NCBI GenBank assembly: GCA_964016885.1
Contig: OZ024742.1
Span: 120,838,001-120,902,000, forward strand
DNA length: 64,000 bases
Direction of reading: 5' to 3'
Origin: Eledone cirrhosa
Taxonomy: Eukaryota
A program made the position numbers and the translations under genes. Under the pieces are notes generated by a model that saw only the letters and a list, made by a program, of their open reading frames with translations, was not told the origin of the DNA and made no database searches. Positions 63,371 through 64,000 of this stretch are shown one piece after another (the first letter of the stretch is position 1; each line of letters starts with the position of its first letter).

Positions 63371-64000
63371 ATCTCGTTTCCCTATACATATATATATATA
63401 TAAGATCCCGTTAAGGGTGAAAATAGTGATTCTTTGCTTAAATTTTAATGTTATTTTAATATATATATTTTTTTTCATTTTACGCCCGCTTGGGACAGGA
63501 ACTGATTCTGGCTTGTTTTCTACAGCTGGATGCCCTTCCTAACACCAACCTCATTTACAGTGAGTGCTGGGTGCTTTTTTGCCATGGCACCTCCACGACC
63601 ACTTTGTAGTGGAATGATAGGGACCCATCCCTATCATCTTATTTCTACAACTGAGTAAACTGGAGCAATGTGAAATAAAGTGTCTTGCTCAAGGAAACAA
63701 CACGTCACCTGGTCTGAGAATTGAACTCACAACCTTTCGATATGTGCTTCCATATATATATATATAAGATCCCATTAAGGGTGAAAGCAGCGATTCTTTG
63801 CTTAAACTTAAATTTGTTATTTTAATAAATAAATATATATGGTGATAAATATATTAAATAAATATATATGGTAAAAGATGGTGATGATGATATATGTATA
63901 TACACTCAAATATATATATATATCATCTTTATCATGATATATATATATATATATTATGTTGGTACCACAAAACATCTAGCCCACTGCAAAGTGGTCATGT

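Overview
Eukaryotic, AT-rich, almost entirely repeat-derived DNA with no host gene that I can support. The mix of a tRNA/CORE-type SINE with an RTE tail, a second abundant tRNA-SINE, RTE/CR1/Dong/Tx1 LINEs and dense microsatellites suggests an octopod cephalopod genome (inference). The only long intact ORF is a 1075-aa RTE LINE ORF (23829-27056, minus) with APE, RT and a C4HC3 PHD-like finger inserted within the C-terminal part of the RT. Also present are a 4.3-kb Naiad-type Penelope-like element in a (TA)n tract, with an inverted 5' pseudo-LTR and hammerhead ribozymes, and several further hammerhead-like motifs, mostly in short (TA)n-adjacent elements, including a 370-bp palindrome. Other contents: Tx1/L1, Dong/R4, CR1 and CRE LINE fragments, a decayed Tigger transposase, piggyBac/hAT/mariner MITEs and several satellites (largest about 6.6 kb). 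Most ORFs in the supplied track are translations of simple repeats. Family names come from motifs I recognised by eye, not from database searches.
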